A DNA stretch of 64,000 bases from contig CM060734.1 in NCBI GenBank assembly GCA_030704615.1, positions 61,442,001 to 61,506,000 of the forward strand, in the 5' to 3' direction. The position numbers were made by a program, and so were the translations under genes. Below, in pieces: positions 15,675 to 28,800 of the stretch. The notes beneath the pieces are model-generated. The model was given only the letters and a program-made list of their open reading frames with translations, ran no database searches and was not told the origin of the DNA. Positions within the stretch are counted from its first letter, which is position 1. Each line of letters begins with the position of its first letter. Source of the DNA: Takakia lepidozioides. Taxonomy: Eukaryota > Plantae > Bryophyta.

Positions 15675-17286
15675 TCACACTGGAGTCGGTTCCCTTTCTT
15701 CACTTTCTTCTTTCTTCACAGGTTGCACTTCAGATGGCAACACCTTTCTCTCCTTACCCTCCTTAATTGTCCAGTAGTCCCACACATGGGATTTTGGTGG
15801 CGCCTTGACTTCTCCGATGGGTGCTACCAAGCCAGGCTTACCATCATCGATAACCCCATCCACGATCCCATAATCTTTTGCCTCCCATGCACTCATGAAG
15901 TAGTCACGGTCGGTGTCCACTTCAATCTGCCGCCCATAGGTTTCAATATACTTTCAGAGATACCTCTATATGACCAAATGACCTCAATGTCAAGACTGTA
16001 GAAATACACGACCATGAATGTGCAGTTCTTGAAATAAGCACAAAGAGAAAGGGAGCGAGCTTGGGCCTTCGACATGTCCATGAACTGGAAGAAAACATGC
16101 CGTTGAGAGTGAAGACAATGACATGCCTTCTGAAGGTACCGATCAAGGGCTTGGCTTACTGGCTACTGGAATATGACACAAATCCTGGTTGTGATTGAGC
16201 TTGGTCACAAATATTGTCTCAGATCCATCATCAAGTATATCATGTGCCTCAAATAACCTAATTGAGATTGAGCTATATTTTTGGGACCTCTAAAAAACCT
16301 GACGTAACATTGAACTCATTTAGCCACATCCAAGATAGAAGAGAACAAGAGATGAAAGCACAGGCATGAGGATAATTCATCATCCCGATCCATCATCAAG
16401 TAACTTACAAGCAAGCTGGTTCATTGGGCCTCAGAGAAAATAAAACTCGCAATGTCTGTTTAATCTGTAGTTATGTGGTAGAGAGACAGCAGACAGACAG
16501 AAATGGAAACACAAAAGAGCACACATAGTTCACCTGCTCCTCAGACTTGCCAGTGAGGCGAGCCATAATCTTGGTAAGCTTCACCTTGTGGTACATCATC
16601 TCCCTGACCTGCAGCCCCACGTCTATGGCCTGCCATCCACACAGACTTACTTTTTGATCAGTGCCTGATCAAATATGAAGGACTCCAATAAAACAGGGTA
16701 AGCAATCAATAACTTGCAAATGAAAGATAACAGAGGGTGCAGGGAACACACCGAACCACCAGCACCACCTAACGGTTGGTGAATCATAACGCGTGCATTG
16801 GGCATGCAATACCGCTTTCCTTTTGAGCCTGATGCCAACAAAAAAGCTCCCATGGATGCTGCCAGACCAAAGCACACAGTCGAAACATCTGCCCTGCACA
16901 GCTTCATGGCATCATAGATGCCCATCCCTTCACCCATGCCTTGTATAAATGCCACTCCCACTCCTTGGTTCTGTTAAGATAAACAATCAGACCTGGAAAC
17001 CTACATTTCCTACATTTTCTTGTCAACGTTAACGGGTTGTGAGACGTAAATATCTCTCATTCACCATTTGTTACTTAAGACCTACTGACACAACACCACT
17101 TTGTAGTACTTCTAGAACCCTAACACTGGGGTTCACAAAGTGAGCTCATTGACAGCCAATGTGAGGATCCACAAGGCAGCATCCAGAAGAAGTAATGCCA
17201 ACAGGATGCAGATGATTGAACCAATCCCATGCAGTAGTAGCACCTGCCAACCCCCGAAAATTTGCATTCTCTTGCCCATCTTGTGC

Positions 17287-17322
<36 letters not shown>

Positions 17323-17762
17323 AACGGCCTTCAATACGATTTGACAGCAACACGTCACAGACCTGCAGTGACTGAGCCCCCAGGAGAATTTATGAAGAGC
17401 TTGATGTCCTTGGTTGGATCTTGAGCGTCCAGCAGTAGCAGCTGACTTATGATCACATCAGCTGAAAAGTCATCCACCTGCCATGCCCCCACTCTTGTAA
17501 ACACTTTTCGTTCGTCTGCCCTTCCGAGTCTCCCGCATTGAAGTCACACTTGAACTCAAAAAACCTTGTGATCATACAACCTTCGGCTGAATTGCACAGA
17601 GCAGGAAGACGGGGCGAAAGGATAGGAGGAAAGCAGAGAGTCACTACCATTGCTAAGGCTCGCCACAACACATCCATCCGTAGCTTTACTACTGAAATTA
17701 AGCCTGTCCTTCTAGACTTTCTCAGAAAGCTGTCTCCAGTAGCACTAATCCGCTTCTAAGCT

Positions 17763-17797
<35 letters not shown>

Positions 17798-18071
17798 GTA
17801 CCTGTGAGCCCAAGAAGATGACGCGCTGTTGAAGAAGCATGGTGGAGGGGTCCAGGTCCTGCAATCTGGGAGTCCCCGGCGCCATTCCTGCCATCGGCTC
17901 CACCAAACCGTAGCCTGCACTGGCCATCACCACCCGGCCGCTCGATCGTTGCCATCCCTTCAGCCTCAGCCTTCTCCCTGCAGAGAGAGGCCTCCACCGA
18001 GCTGCTAAAACAGGAGTGCAAACCTTATGCGACACTAGGACGGGCAGGGGAGCCCCTGCTAGGGCAGGCAT
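15675..18071 (-). CDS. CLPP3: Plastid ATP-dependent Clp protease proteolytic subunit 3
   Basis: Exons 18071-17802, 17477-17363, 16927-16752, 16629-16534 and 15926-15675. Motifs RVIFLGSQ|[21 protein letters not shown] (Ser), MIHQP (His), DTDRD (Asp), and the ClpP3-type tail [12 protein letters not shown]...[10 protein letters not shown]. The N-terminus is transit-peptide-like; the start codon is tentative. Confidence 0.93.
17289..17320. repeat. (AG)n microsatellite; others at 17765-17794, 27841-27867, 34281-34300, 34496-34518, 57431-57456
   Basis: Direct reading of the sequence. Confidence 0.95.
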
Positions 18072-18251
18072 CGGCACCAAGCAATGGATCCCAACACAGA
18101 AACTGAACACAAACCCTTCCTCAGATTGCTACTCTATTCCCCCACAGACGCGATCACCTCGCCATTCTCAACGCTCCTCACAATTCACGGCAGCCATTAA
18201 AGCTTGGCTTGAGCTTCTCGGTGCCGTGTCCGCCATCGCCAACTCCTTTGG

Positions 18252-19607
18252 CCGCTGGGATTTTTTTCTCTGTTTTTCCGCTGGGATTAATTTCATCCTT
18301 CGATTCTCGAAACATCGTCGGTACAGAAATTCCGATCGCTAATGAGAGATCTACGATAGAGATCGTTGGATTGGAGTTTTCAGATTCCTCATTTAACATT
18401 GGCGAGGGTTCTTCTTCGTATTTTTATTTTCTCGACTGTGGGATTGTTTTTTTGTTTTTTACCCGCTGGGATTAATGTTATCCTTCGATTCCCTTAAACT
18501 TTCACTCGGAGCATGTGGGGACGTGGCATAAGGTTAGGGAGTCCACCCGAGCGATTGCTTTCAGTGCCCTCTAAGCCTAACTGACGTGAGTCGACATCAT
18601 CGCAGGCATAACCATAAAGGGGATCATTGCAAATCTCTCCCGAAGAAAGCAGCTTCGCAACTGTCTCTCAAGCCGAAGGACCGAGCTGCCAAGCCGCGGG
18701 TGGTTCGTAAGGGTTCGTTTACCGGCCTGCCCAAGAATCCTCTGCGAGCCAATTTTTTCCGATGCCGTCTAATGTTTCTGTTTCACTCTCAGGGGTGCTT
18801 CGCCCTGGGATGGACTTGCTTAAGCTTTCTAACCTAGGCTATTGCCTCTTTCGATAGAGGTACAAGAAATGATTGGGGGTAATGGAGTGGGTAAGAGCGG
18901 AACGAATGAAGGCCGTAAGGATGAGGTGGAACGATAAAAGTGCTTGTCTCATAAACGGAAGCCTATTTATCGAGCCAGGAAAAAATATTCGCACTCACAG
19001 TTTTCGAATGCTTTTATCACTGACCTGCTTCGAAAAACAACATGTAGCCTTGCATGCTTCGGGGCCATTACGCAGTAATGGCCCCAAAGCATGCAAGGCT
19101 GGCTCGATTTTAAGTCGGAGCCCTTTGGCCTCTACTTGCTATGCTAGTGGAGCCTTGCTCTTTGCGCGTAGGTGGGATATTAGCCCGGGCGCGTTCGGCA
19201 AGACTCCAATGGGATTTGCCTCATAGCGGCATACCCGCAAGACCTTCTCAAAGAACTGTACGTGGCAGTCGCCCGTCAAACGGCTCCCCTTATTCCCCAT
19301 CCGGTACATTTTTTCGACTCGGAACCATTGATGCGGCTCAAATTAATCTCGCCCGCATGCTATTCGTCCGGCGGCTATATGTATTTTTCTACATAGCCGC
19401 AATAAACTATTCACTTGCCCGCGATAAAGCATGTATCCGAGGTAAGCCTGGCAATACGACTCGTAAAACCGACTTTCTTGGCTTCACGACATCGTCGGTA
19501 CAGAAATTCCCATTGAAAATTAGAGATCTACGATAGAGATCGTCGGATTGAATTTTCAGATTCCTCATTTAACACTGCGAAGGTTCTTCTTCGTATTTTT
19601 TATTTCT
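18252..19607. repeat. Split tandem duplication in the CLPP3/PUR4 divergent intergenic region
   Basis: Block X of about 55 bp (18252-18307, again at 18436-18490) and block Y of about 120 bp (18312-18431, again at 19489-19607), all in the same orientation. Confidence 0.9.
19046..19100. repeat. Near-perfect inverted repeat (26-bp arms, 3-nt loop)
   Basis: AGCCTTGCATGCTTCGGGGCCATTAC-GCA-GTAATGGCCCCAAAGCATGCAAGGCT; 25 of 26 positions pair. Confidence 0.95.
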
Positions 19608-19815
19608 GGAAGCGCCACGTCACCGGTGCTGCCGAGACTGGGGCTCGCGAGAGCGTTGCTGAGGAGCCCTACAAGAAGCTTGGCTCTGCTCGATCGATTC
19701 ACTGTTGCGCTTGTTGTGATGCAATGATCCGTGCTGATTTTGCGTAGTGGATGTCTCTCACAAGGTCTTAAGATCCAGAGAGGAAGCGGTTTCAGAGTGC
19801 TTGTTCGTAATTGAG

Positions 19816-22800
19816 ATGGTGGGGCAGGCGGCCATGATGGGGTGCCAGTGTTTGAGGGGCCTGCCTCCGCACTTGTATAGCGTGTTCCACCCTGCCGCAT
19901 CATCGTGCTCGTTGCGGAGTGAGATGAATTTCCAATGCACGAGGTTTGTGGTGTTTCGCTTGATGTAATGTGGTTCAGGTGTGTGTCTGTGAGAGAGGGA
20001 GCTTGCGCATTCCGCCTGAAGTCGGGTGTTTGGTAACTTTGTCGTCCAACGGGTCTAAATGAACAATTCTTTCGGGAGCATGATAGCCAGCTCAAGATGG
20101 AAACTCGATCTCGAGCTAGTTGGTGGGGTGGAATTTCGAGGTTCGTTTAACCGTAAAGGATTTGGTTGTGTATTCCAAATTCGCTTTCTTTGAAGGGTTC
20201 AGTCGGAGAACAATTGAAGGAGAGTTGCCGGTCCTGGAGAGGACGTCGGTGATTTTGTGGTTTTGCAAATAAGTGCATCTTTGCAATGTCTTTTGGAACA
20301 CGAGGTATTTTGTTGCCTGTAGCTATGAAAGTGAAAGGCTTATCTGAAGGGAGAATGCTGGATTGCGGAATGCTTCACATAAGGTTTGGAGGTTTGCTGC
20401 CCAAACAAGGAGGGCTGATATACCACGAGTAGTAATATGCTTCTTTGCTGTTTTTGTGATGACTTTGCAGGGCAGGTAGTGTTATCACACAGCGGGCAGG
20501 GAACCAATCGAACGATGTAGGGCAGAGTACAAACAATTGGAAGCTTCTTCCTCTTGGTGGGCATTATTTGTGAACTCATGCATGATTGAATTCAATCAAT
20601 GTAGCACCTCTTTCTGGAGTATAGTGTGGACTTAGTATGTTACTGCAGGAGAGATGTACAGCCTGAGGAGAGGCTGAGGTGCGAGTCCTTTTTTTATGTT
20701 GGCAAGGTGGCGGGGAGTTGACAAGGAGATACAAGGGGAACCGCCTCCATGCAAGGGCACAGGCTGTTGCAACAGATAGTCAACAGGTACTGTTTCTCTG
20801 TTCAGGTGAATGCACTGGAGTGGGCCAGACATTGCAATTAACTATACATGCCCAGGGTTTTGGGTTTAAGGGTTTAGCAGACACAGTTGAATATACTGGA
20901 AGAGAATTTCATCTAAAGTCTGTTGAGCACCGCCATTATGCTTAGGTGCAACCTTCCATCTCGGAGGCTCCTAGGTTGAGTACTTTCCAGAAGAGAAGAT
21001 GCGTTGTCTAGCTCTGCAAACGAGTACTTAGATTAGAATTCCATTCATCCTGATCTCGAAAGAAGTGGAAAGGGGAGAGGACAGAGACCTAAGTCCTTTT
21101 TAGGCAGTGCAAAGGTTGTGGGGCAGATCCGGATATCGCCCTTGTGAGGATATTTTGGTGGTATCTTATTCTTTCCAGAGAAGGACATTATGCTTTGAAG
21201 AAGCATTCCCTGGCTTTTAGCAGGGTTTAGCAGGGTTTTGAGAGGCAGACTGCCTTGGGTGGGGCCGGATAAACAGGAGGCCACAGTGAGGGAAACGGAG
21301 GCAGAAGTGCAGCATGTGTACCGAGATCCCCTTCTGCCAGACACTGCTGTAGCAGCGCTTCTCAAACAGGTCAATCCTTTTGCCTGCTTTTGGCCTATAA
21401 ACTATGGACACTATGTGCTGCACAAAAAATTCTGTTTTAACAAATGGAATGTTTGAGTTGATGCTGACTGAAGCTGGGTGGAGATGCAGGTGCAAGAGAA
21501 AATCTCTTCGGATGTTATCGCCATCAAAACAGAACAGGTATAGCTTCAATGTTAGCAGTTGCTGTCTCTCTCAGGCATGGCAGTAGTAAGGCTACACTCA
21601 GTTTGAGTTTTTTGGACATCTGAGTGCAGGGCTTTGATTTCATGTCATTGGCACACTGAAACTTGCAGAAAACAAGTGAACCATGTTTGGATTAGTGGAT
21701 ATACTTGTCACGATTGCAATCTGCTCTCATTCGGGTACATTTAGAACACTGTGCAAATTCAGTGCACCATCTTCCCCAGTGTATGTTAGCGTTTGGGATG
21801 CACATCCCAGCACTTGGTGTCGAGCTGTGGCGCTGTAGTCATACTTAATATGCAGAGAGCCATGGACTCTTTCTTTAACTGGTTGTGGCGAAATCCATCT
21901 GGATTAGAAGATGTGGCTGTTTACACTTCCAATTGCATAAAGCTGAGGACGCTTGAAACTCTGGGAGGCAGGTTTTCTGGTCACTGGAGGAATTGCATAC
22001 AAATTAGAATTTTATCTGTTAGGCCTGAATTTGAGAGTATAAGGACTGTTTCATTTCACCTTTTGCTTCCCTGTCATTTAGTATTTGAGCATTGCTGATA
22101 GTTGGAAGTAGTGACCTGTAGAGATTGCTTTGGACTACTCTTTGCCCCCACATGAACTGCTTCCTGTCTTTGTTTGTTGCAGTGTTTCAACATCGCATTG
22201 AGTGTGGCCCTTCCACACGACAAGTGGGAGGTGTTAAAATGGCTGCTTCGTGAGACTTATGAGCCTGACCAGCTGCAGTTAACCAGCTCATTGGTCCCAA
22301 ATAGTGCCACTGCAGGTGAATGTCCTATCAATCTGCAGCTGGCAGCTGACCATGGTGCTCTTGTTGTGACACTTGTGACAATGCCTTTGTGATATGTGGA
22401 GATAGAGATAGAGCGCAAGGGTGGGATAGTAGCAGAATGGGGCCCACTAACAGCAGATGCTCAGCCAAATTATGTATTTCCGGTGGGTGGGGACGGGGGA
22501 GTTGAGACAGGAAGTCATCGGGTAGGTTTTGAAGCGGCTTTTTGTGGGGTGGTTTAAGGGCTAAATCTCAGGAGTACTTGATGTTGTCATATGACGATGT
22601 TTTCAACATGGGGTGGCTTGTCTAGATAGGGGTATCTCAGTGCTGGTGGAAGTGGGCCCGCGCCTCTCTTTCACTACTGCTTGGTCAGCAAATGCAGTTT
22701 CAATCTGCAAGGCGTGCGCACTGCCAGAAGTTACACGAATTGAGCGGTCCAGGCGTTACTTGCTTTGTCTGACTCGAGATGCCTCTCCTTTGGATCAGAG

Positions 22801-25800
22801 TCAGCTAGAAAAATTTGCAGCCTTGGTTAGTAGCTCATTCCTACTGCTTTGATTGGTCAGTCTTGATGGATCATAGTGTACTTTGACTAGTCTAGTCAAT
22901 AAGTCAATCATGCTGACATGTAAATACCTTTACTTGGACTAATCTGTTGTGTCTTTACATCTTGGAAGTCTGCTCTTTTCTCCTCATTACACAGAGTCGT
23001 TCGTTAGTCAGCTCCTAGCCATTTTCTGTATGGTTCTATGAAGTGAAGCCAGGTGGCTTTTGTCAATTTGCCAGATTCATGATCGGATGACTGAATGCGT
23101 GTACCCAATCAAGCTCACATCCTTTAAAACTGATGTGGCTCCGGAACCTGTCACTCAAATTCCGGTGCTTGAGGTATTTCAACTATCCATCTCTGTCAAG
23201 ATTACATAATGTATACAAGATCATGTTCTACTCATCTCTTTGCATATGGGGTTTGAACATTTTGAGTTCTGAAAATCAAAAACTATCTCAATGTTCCACT
23301 TGGCAGCTGTTCAAAAACTAATCAATGGGAATATGATGGGTGTTGTGTTATTAAGAAAGGGAGGGCAGCTCTGGAGGCCATCAACAAAAGAATGGGGCTT
23401 GCTTTTGACGAGTTTGATCTAGAGGTAAGCATTCCAAAGCATATTTCAGACTGAAGCTTGATTGCCAGGTTATTGATCTGCAGATATTGCTACTCCCCTC
23501 AGAAGACTCCCTGAGGTGTAACTTGAAACTGATATAGGTATTCCTGGAGACTCTTGATTTATGTAAGGTCTCGTGTATGTGTGGCTGCAGTATTACACAG
23601 AGCTCTTCACCAACGACATCAAACGCAACCCTACAAATGTCGAGCTTTTTGATATTGCCCAGTCCAACAGCGAGCATAGCCGCCACTGGTTTTTTAAGGT
23701 AAGACTGCACCCTTCTGAAGACAAGCCTGCAACTACTGACCAAAAGCCAAAGTCTGATTATCAGGCAAGAAAACCCGTGCTCAACTTTTAGAGAAGGTCA
23801 AACCTGCATGTAGTTCACTTGATAACCACTTCTGTAACCTGGCAGGGCGAGCTAGTGCTGGATGGGGTACCGGCACGTGAGTCTCTGATGGATCTGGTGA
23901 AGGACACACTGAAGACCAATCCAAACAACTCCGTTATTGGTTTCAAAGACAATTCCAGGTACACATTTGTGTGCATGTCGTGTGCATTAGTTCCAGTAAT
24001 AACACCACAGAAGACTTAGAAGTTGGTAGGTCAGATTGAGCTGTGTGCAAGTACCTGAATATCCTTTGGGGGCCAGTGCTATTCGGGGTTGTGCCGTTCA
24101 GGTAGTAGTCCCAACCTCACCTGGCTTTCCATCGCAAGTTGAGCGCCTTGATCGGGATTATGACATTCTCTTCACAGCTGAGACCCACAACTTCCCATGT
24201 GCGGTATGTTCTCCTGTTCATATCCATCTTGACATATTAGGTGATGCTTGACTTCATGCCTGACTGAAGGGCGGAAAGTATTCCGTTAGCCATGTTTTGA
24301 AGTTGGTTGTTGGTACATGGGTGTCCCAATTTGGGATTGCAGGTAGCTCCCTTTCCAGGTGCTGAGACGGGTGCAGGTGGTCGTATTCGTGACACGCATG
24401 CAACAGGAATTGGTTCACTTGTAGGGGCATCAACTGCTGGCTATTGTGTTGGAAATCTCCAGGTGCATTTCTTATGATTGTAATTCAATGAGACAGTGCT
24501 GTAAGTGACATGTGCAACAAGTCTATTATCCACATTTGTCAATGGGACTTTATGGAGTGAATCACTGGCATGTGCAACAAGTCTATTATCCAGGTTTATC
24601 AATGGGACTTTATGGAGTGGGTGTCCACAGATGGAGGGTTCTTTTGCTCCTTGGGAGGACAATTCTTTCATCTACCCACCAAATCTGGCATCTCCTCTCC
24701 AGGTGTGCACTTCATCATGTCACTTGTCTACAGCAGAAAGTGGGCTTAATGGCGTGTTACACATATCTCGAGAGTGGATTCTATGCTTTTTTGTCTGCAC
24801 AGTATATGGCAAATGTTCAGAGTACACCTTAGCTTTGTGCTTTTTTCTCCACAGAGTATTGGACAGTGCTCCTAACTATCTTTCAATGTGCAGAAAGATA
24901 GGTCCCCTTGACTGAAGGGCTTGTTTGGTTGGACTTAATATGATTATGAGGCACACTACCCTCTTGTGTATGTTGCATGAAAAGTTCAAAACAATTCCTA
25001 CATGATTGATACTTTGTCAACCCGCCGTTCATTATTCCAATGTAGGTGACAATCATAGAGGTGAAAGGGCATCACTGCTAGAAATTATAAATATAAGGCA
25101 AGGGAAAAGCTGGTCAAGGGTAATCTTTTTTGTCGTGCCAACGTGCTCAGCAGAATCTTTTGTAAGCTGCAGATTCTTATCGATGCCAGTAATGGAGCAT
25201 CTGACTACGGCAACAAGTTTGGTGAGCCCCTCATCCAGGTATTCTCCTTTTCATGGACAGTGCCCAGATCTAAACTGCATCTTGTTTTTCTATCTTTGTT
25301 TAGAAGGTGTGTTACATGCTTGCTGCATGAAGACATAGGTCTCTTTAAGATGCTCGCAAGTTGCAGCTGCAGGGTAAGTTTGCTCTTGAGCTCTAGTCAA
25401 TTGATAGCCTAGCAAAGGCTTTACAGGTGTTGTGGTTGTTGCTCACTGGAAGTTCAGTCTTTTCCTTGTGGATTGCTTTTGCTCCTCCTTCCATATCAGA
25501 GCCTTGTCATATTTGGCAGAAGCATTTAGTTTTGTAGACCAAAATACTTAGCATCTTACCTTCACAAGGTGTTCCATCTTCAATTTAGGTCTGGTTTTCT
25601 AGTGGTATGTTTGTTTGTTATGTGTTCTTGTCCCACAAACCCTTTGGCGCCTTTACCGGATATTCCTTTCCATCTTCTTTTTTCAAATCGCAGCTGTTTT
25701 CTTTTGCAGGGATATACGCGTACATTTGGTATGCGATTGCCCAGTGGTGAGCGTAGGGAATGGTTGAAGCCAATCATGTTTAGTGCTGGCATTGGCCAGG

Positions 25801-28800
25801 TTCAGGCCTCTTTCTTATTCTCCTTGACTACATCCTGCTTTTATCTCTTAGAACCATTGTTCTGGTTCTTCTTGGACTGAAATGTTTGATGACTACTTCA
25901 ATATGTTTGATGACTACTTCAATATGTCCAAGCATTTGTGTGAAAGATCAGGAGTAGATCGCGAGGGCCTTTGACGTATGCATGCTTGCAGTTTCCCTGT
26001 GGCCAAAGGTCTTCATGTGGCATGTTCCCTATTCTATATGAAAATGTTTAACATAACTGACTCTTTTTGTCCCCAGATCGATCATCGGCACTTGGAGAAA
26101 GAGGATCCAGAAGTTGGAATGCTTGTTGTCAAAGTACATTTCCTAATCCTTCAATTATCAGTGCCTTCTAGAGTATATGTAACTTCACACTGCTCATTAC
26201 CAGGGCACCAATGTGCACTACACAGCGGGATCTTGTCCATTTTAGTGATTTTTATGTTTGTGCTACATTCCCAAAGAGAAGACAAGCAGCAGAAGTCTTC
26301 CAATTCAAAATGCCTTTGTTGTATTCAACACTCTCTGGAATGGTTATTCTTTCAAACTTGCACCTGGTGGGGTCATGTTCACTTGCATGTTTAAATGTTT
26401 GTAACATTCTTGACACAAATCAACAAAACTACTCAAACGGCACTCTGGGAAGTTGTAATTAGTTAATAAATTTGTAAAAGGTGGTATGCCATGTACTCTA
26501 TGTGATTGAGCTGTTAAGCATCTGTCATTTTTGGTGCATTTGAGCATCAGGTTGGTGGGCCTGCATACCGCATCGGCATGGGTGGTGGTGCTGCCTCTAG
26601 CATGGTAAGCTTCTTTTAGAGCTGACTCATTTGGTTATATGCAGATCATAGCGTGCTAGCTCAGAAGCCTTGTTACTATGTAAGGCAGCTTTGACCCCCA
26701 TGGATAGCAGGCAATCTGCACTTAACAGACACAGTTATCCAGATCTTTGCAAAGCTGATCTGGGGAGGTGTTAACTTTGGACATTTAATTTTGTCAAAAG
26801 TGGTTGGTGGGTCTGTAATGTAATACGGGGTTGATAGTCTGTTTATCGTGAACTTCAAGTTTGGGAAATATTTAGCTTCCTTGAGATGTGGATTTATGTG
26901 TGAAAGTTGTTTGCTGTATAGGTTAGTGGGCAGAACACTGTTGAGCTGGACTTCAATGCAGTCCAGCGAGGTGATGCCGAGATGGCGCAGAAGCTGTACC
27001 GGGTGGTGCGCACATGTGTCGAGATGGGGGATGGCAATCCCATCGTCAGCATACATGACCAAGGTGCAGGTGGGAACTGCAATGTTGTGAAGGAAATCAT
27101 CTACCCCAAGGTAGGACGTCGAGCTACTTTTTACATTCTTGGATCTGGTGTGGCAGTTGTTTTTGTTCAGTATAATTCTGCTCAAGACAGTGAGAGCTCA
27201 CTTGAGAATCCTTACTGTCATCACTTGACCTGGAAGTATCTAGATATTTTGATTATGGAAATTGGAGCTAAGGAGGGTGCCTGTTAGTTTGCTCCCAACA
27301 CCCAGACGAAAAGCAGAGGTAGCTTGCATGTCTTAACCCTCTCATTTGTTTCTTTTCACAGTTGCCAATCATAGCTTCACTGTGTCCTGTAGATTCTGTT
27401 AGACTCCCTAGTCACAATCCATACCAATACGACTGGATGGAACCCAGTTTTTTCTTAGGCCATGTGTCTCTTCCTGGGTAAGATTGACTATAGAACTAGT
27501 AGGTTTGTTAGGTGGAGTTTCAGATTGTAATAAGGTGGATAGGCAGTATTTCCGAGTTGATCATTGCAGCAAATGATGTGGGATCTGTTACAGTAGCTGT
27601 TCCGTACTAAGTGCTTGGTGTGTAGTCTCTGACATACTCAAAGAATAGGGGAAGAATCATGGAACTTACTGAGCGCATAATATTGATCATTCAACATGTA
27701 GTTTTCACCACTCGGTAGCTTAACTGCACTCCGTCTTTGTACAATGGTTGAGTTTTATTTGTTCTTTGGCCCACCCTCGAAAGGGTGCAGTACCTGTTAG
27801 GGGAAGAGGCTCTAATTACGCTGGCCTCAGGCAGCATCGTCTCTCTCTCTCTCTCTCTCTCTCTCTCCCGTTCTTTGTTGTTCTACTGAGAAAGGGCCCT
27901 CTGGGCCTGCAGTTGTTCTTTCAACATCTAACGAGTTTTCATCTCAAGCATCCAATAAATGACCCAATGATTAGGCACAAGGCTACCTTGCAAGTGGGTG
28001 GTGAGTCCAAAGCCACATAGGTGTATGTCGGATGTCACCTGTTATATACAACTAAAATAGAGTAGCGGGTTCAGTTGGCCAATCGGTCAACTACATCTAC
28101 CCTTTTTTTTTGGTTTCGATCAACAACAGTTCTTTCTGACAAGTGGTTTGGCATGGATAGGGTGCAGAGATAGATGTGAGGTCCATTGTTGTGGGAGATG
28201 AAACCATGTCAGTTTTGGAGATCTGGGGTGCTGAATATCAGGAGCAGGTGTGTGCTCTCCCCAACTTCGTCCGCCCCATTGAGCAGATAAAAAATGACTT
28301 TTTCTTCACACCAACAAGACTGCAACAAGGATAATAGCACTCTGTCAGGACTGTTGAGATTTACAGGTTTTTGTGTTTACAGCTGTCAGGCATCATGCCT
28401 CCTAAGGTCCTCAGGAGTTTGTCGGAGAAGGAAAAACTTGTTTAGGCGTTGGGGTGTAGCGTCCAGAGATACCTGGCTTTGATTTACCATTCACTGCATC
28501 CTCAGGATGCTTTGCTTATCAGGCCAGACAGTGAAGCACTGCTACGGGCAATCTGTGATCGAGAGCGTGTTTCTATGGCTGTTATTGGCAAAATCAGGTA
28601 AGCCTTATGTCTCTCCCTCATACACTGAGACACCTTCTTTGTAACTGATGTGTACAGAGCAATCTGAGCCAAAAGCAGAACACACAGTAACTGAAGGAGG
28701 AAGAGCAAAATAATCTGCAATTTGGAGACCTTGGTGTAGTCAAATGTATCTATTCTCACGTGCAGCACGCTTAGGAATAGAAAAATCAGCAATTCGGATA

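Noticed and set aside
27575-27586. snRNA or telomerase RNA promoter USE (ATCCCACATCA on the minus strand)
   Set aside because: No TATA box at the required distance and no recognisable snRNA downstream. The same applies to the GTCCCCACATG match near 18512-18522.
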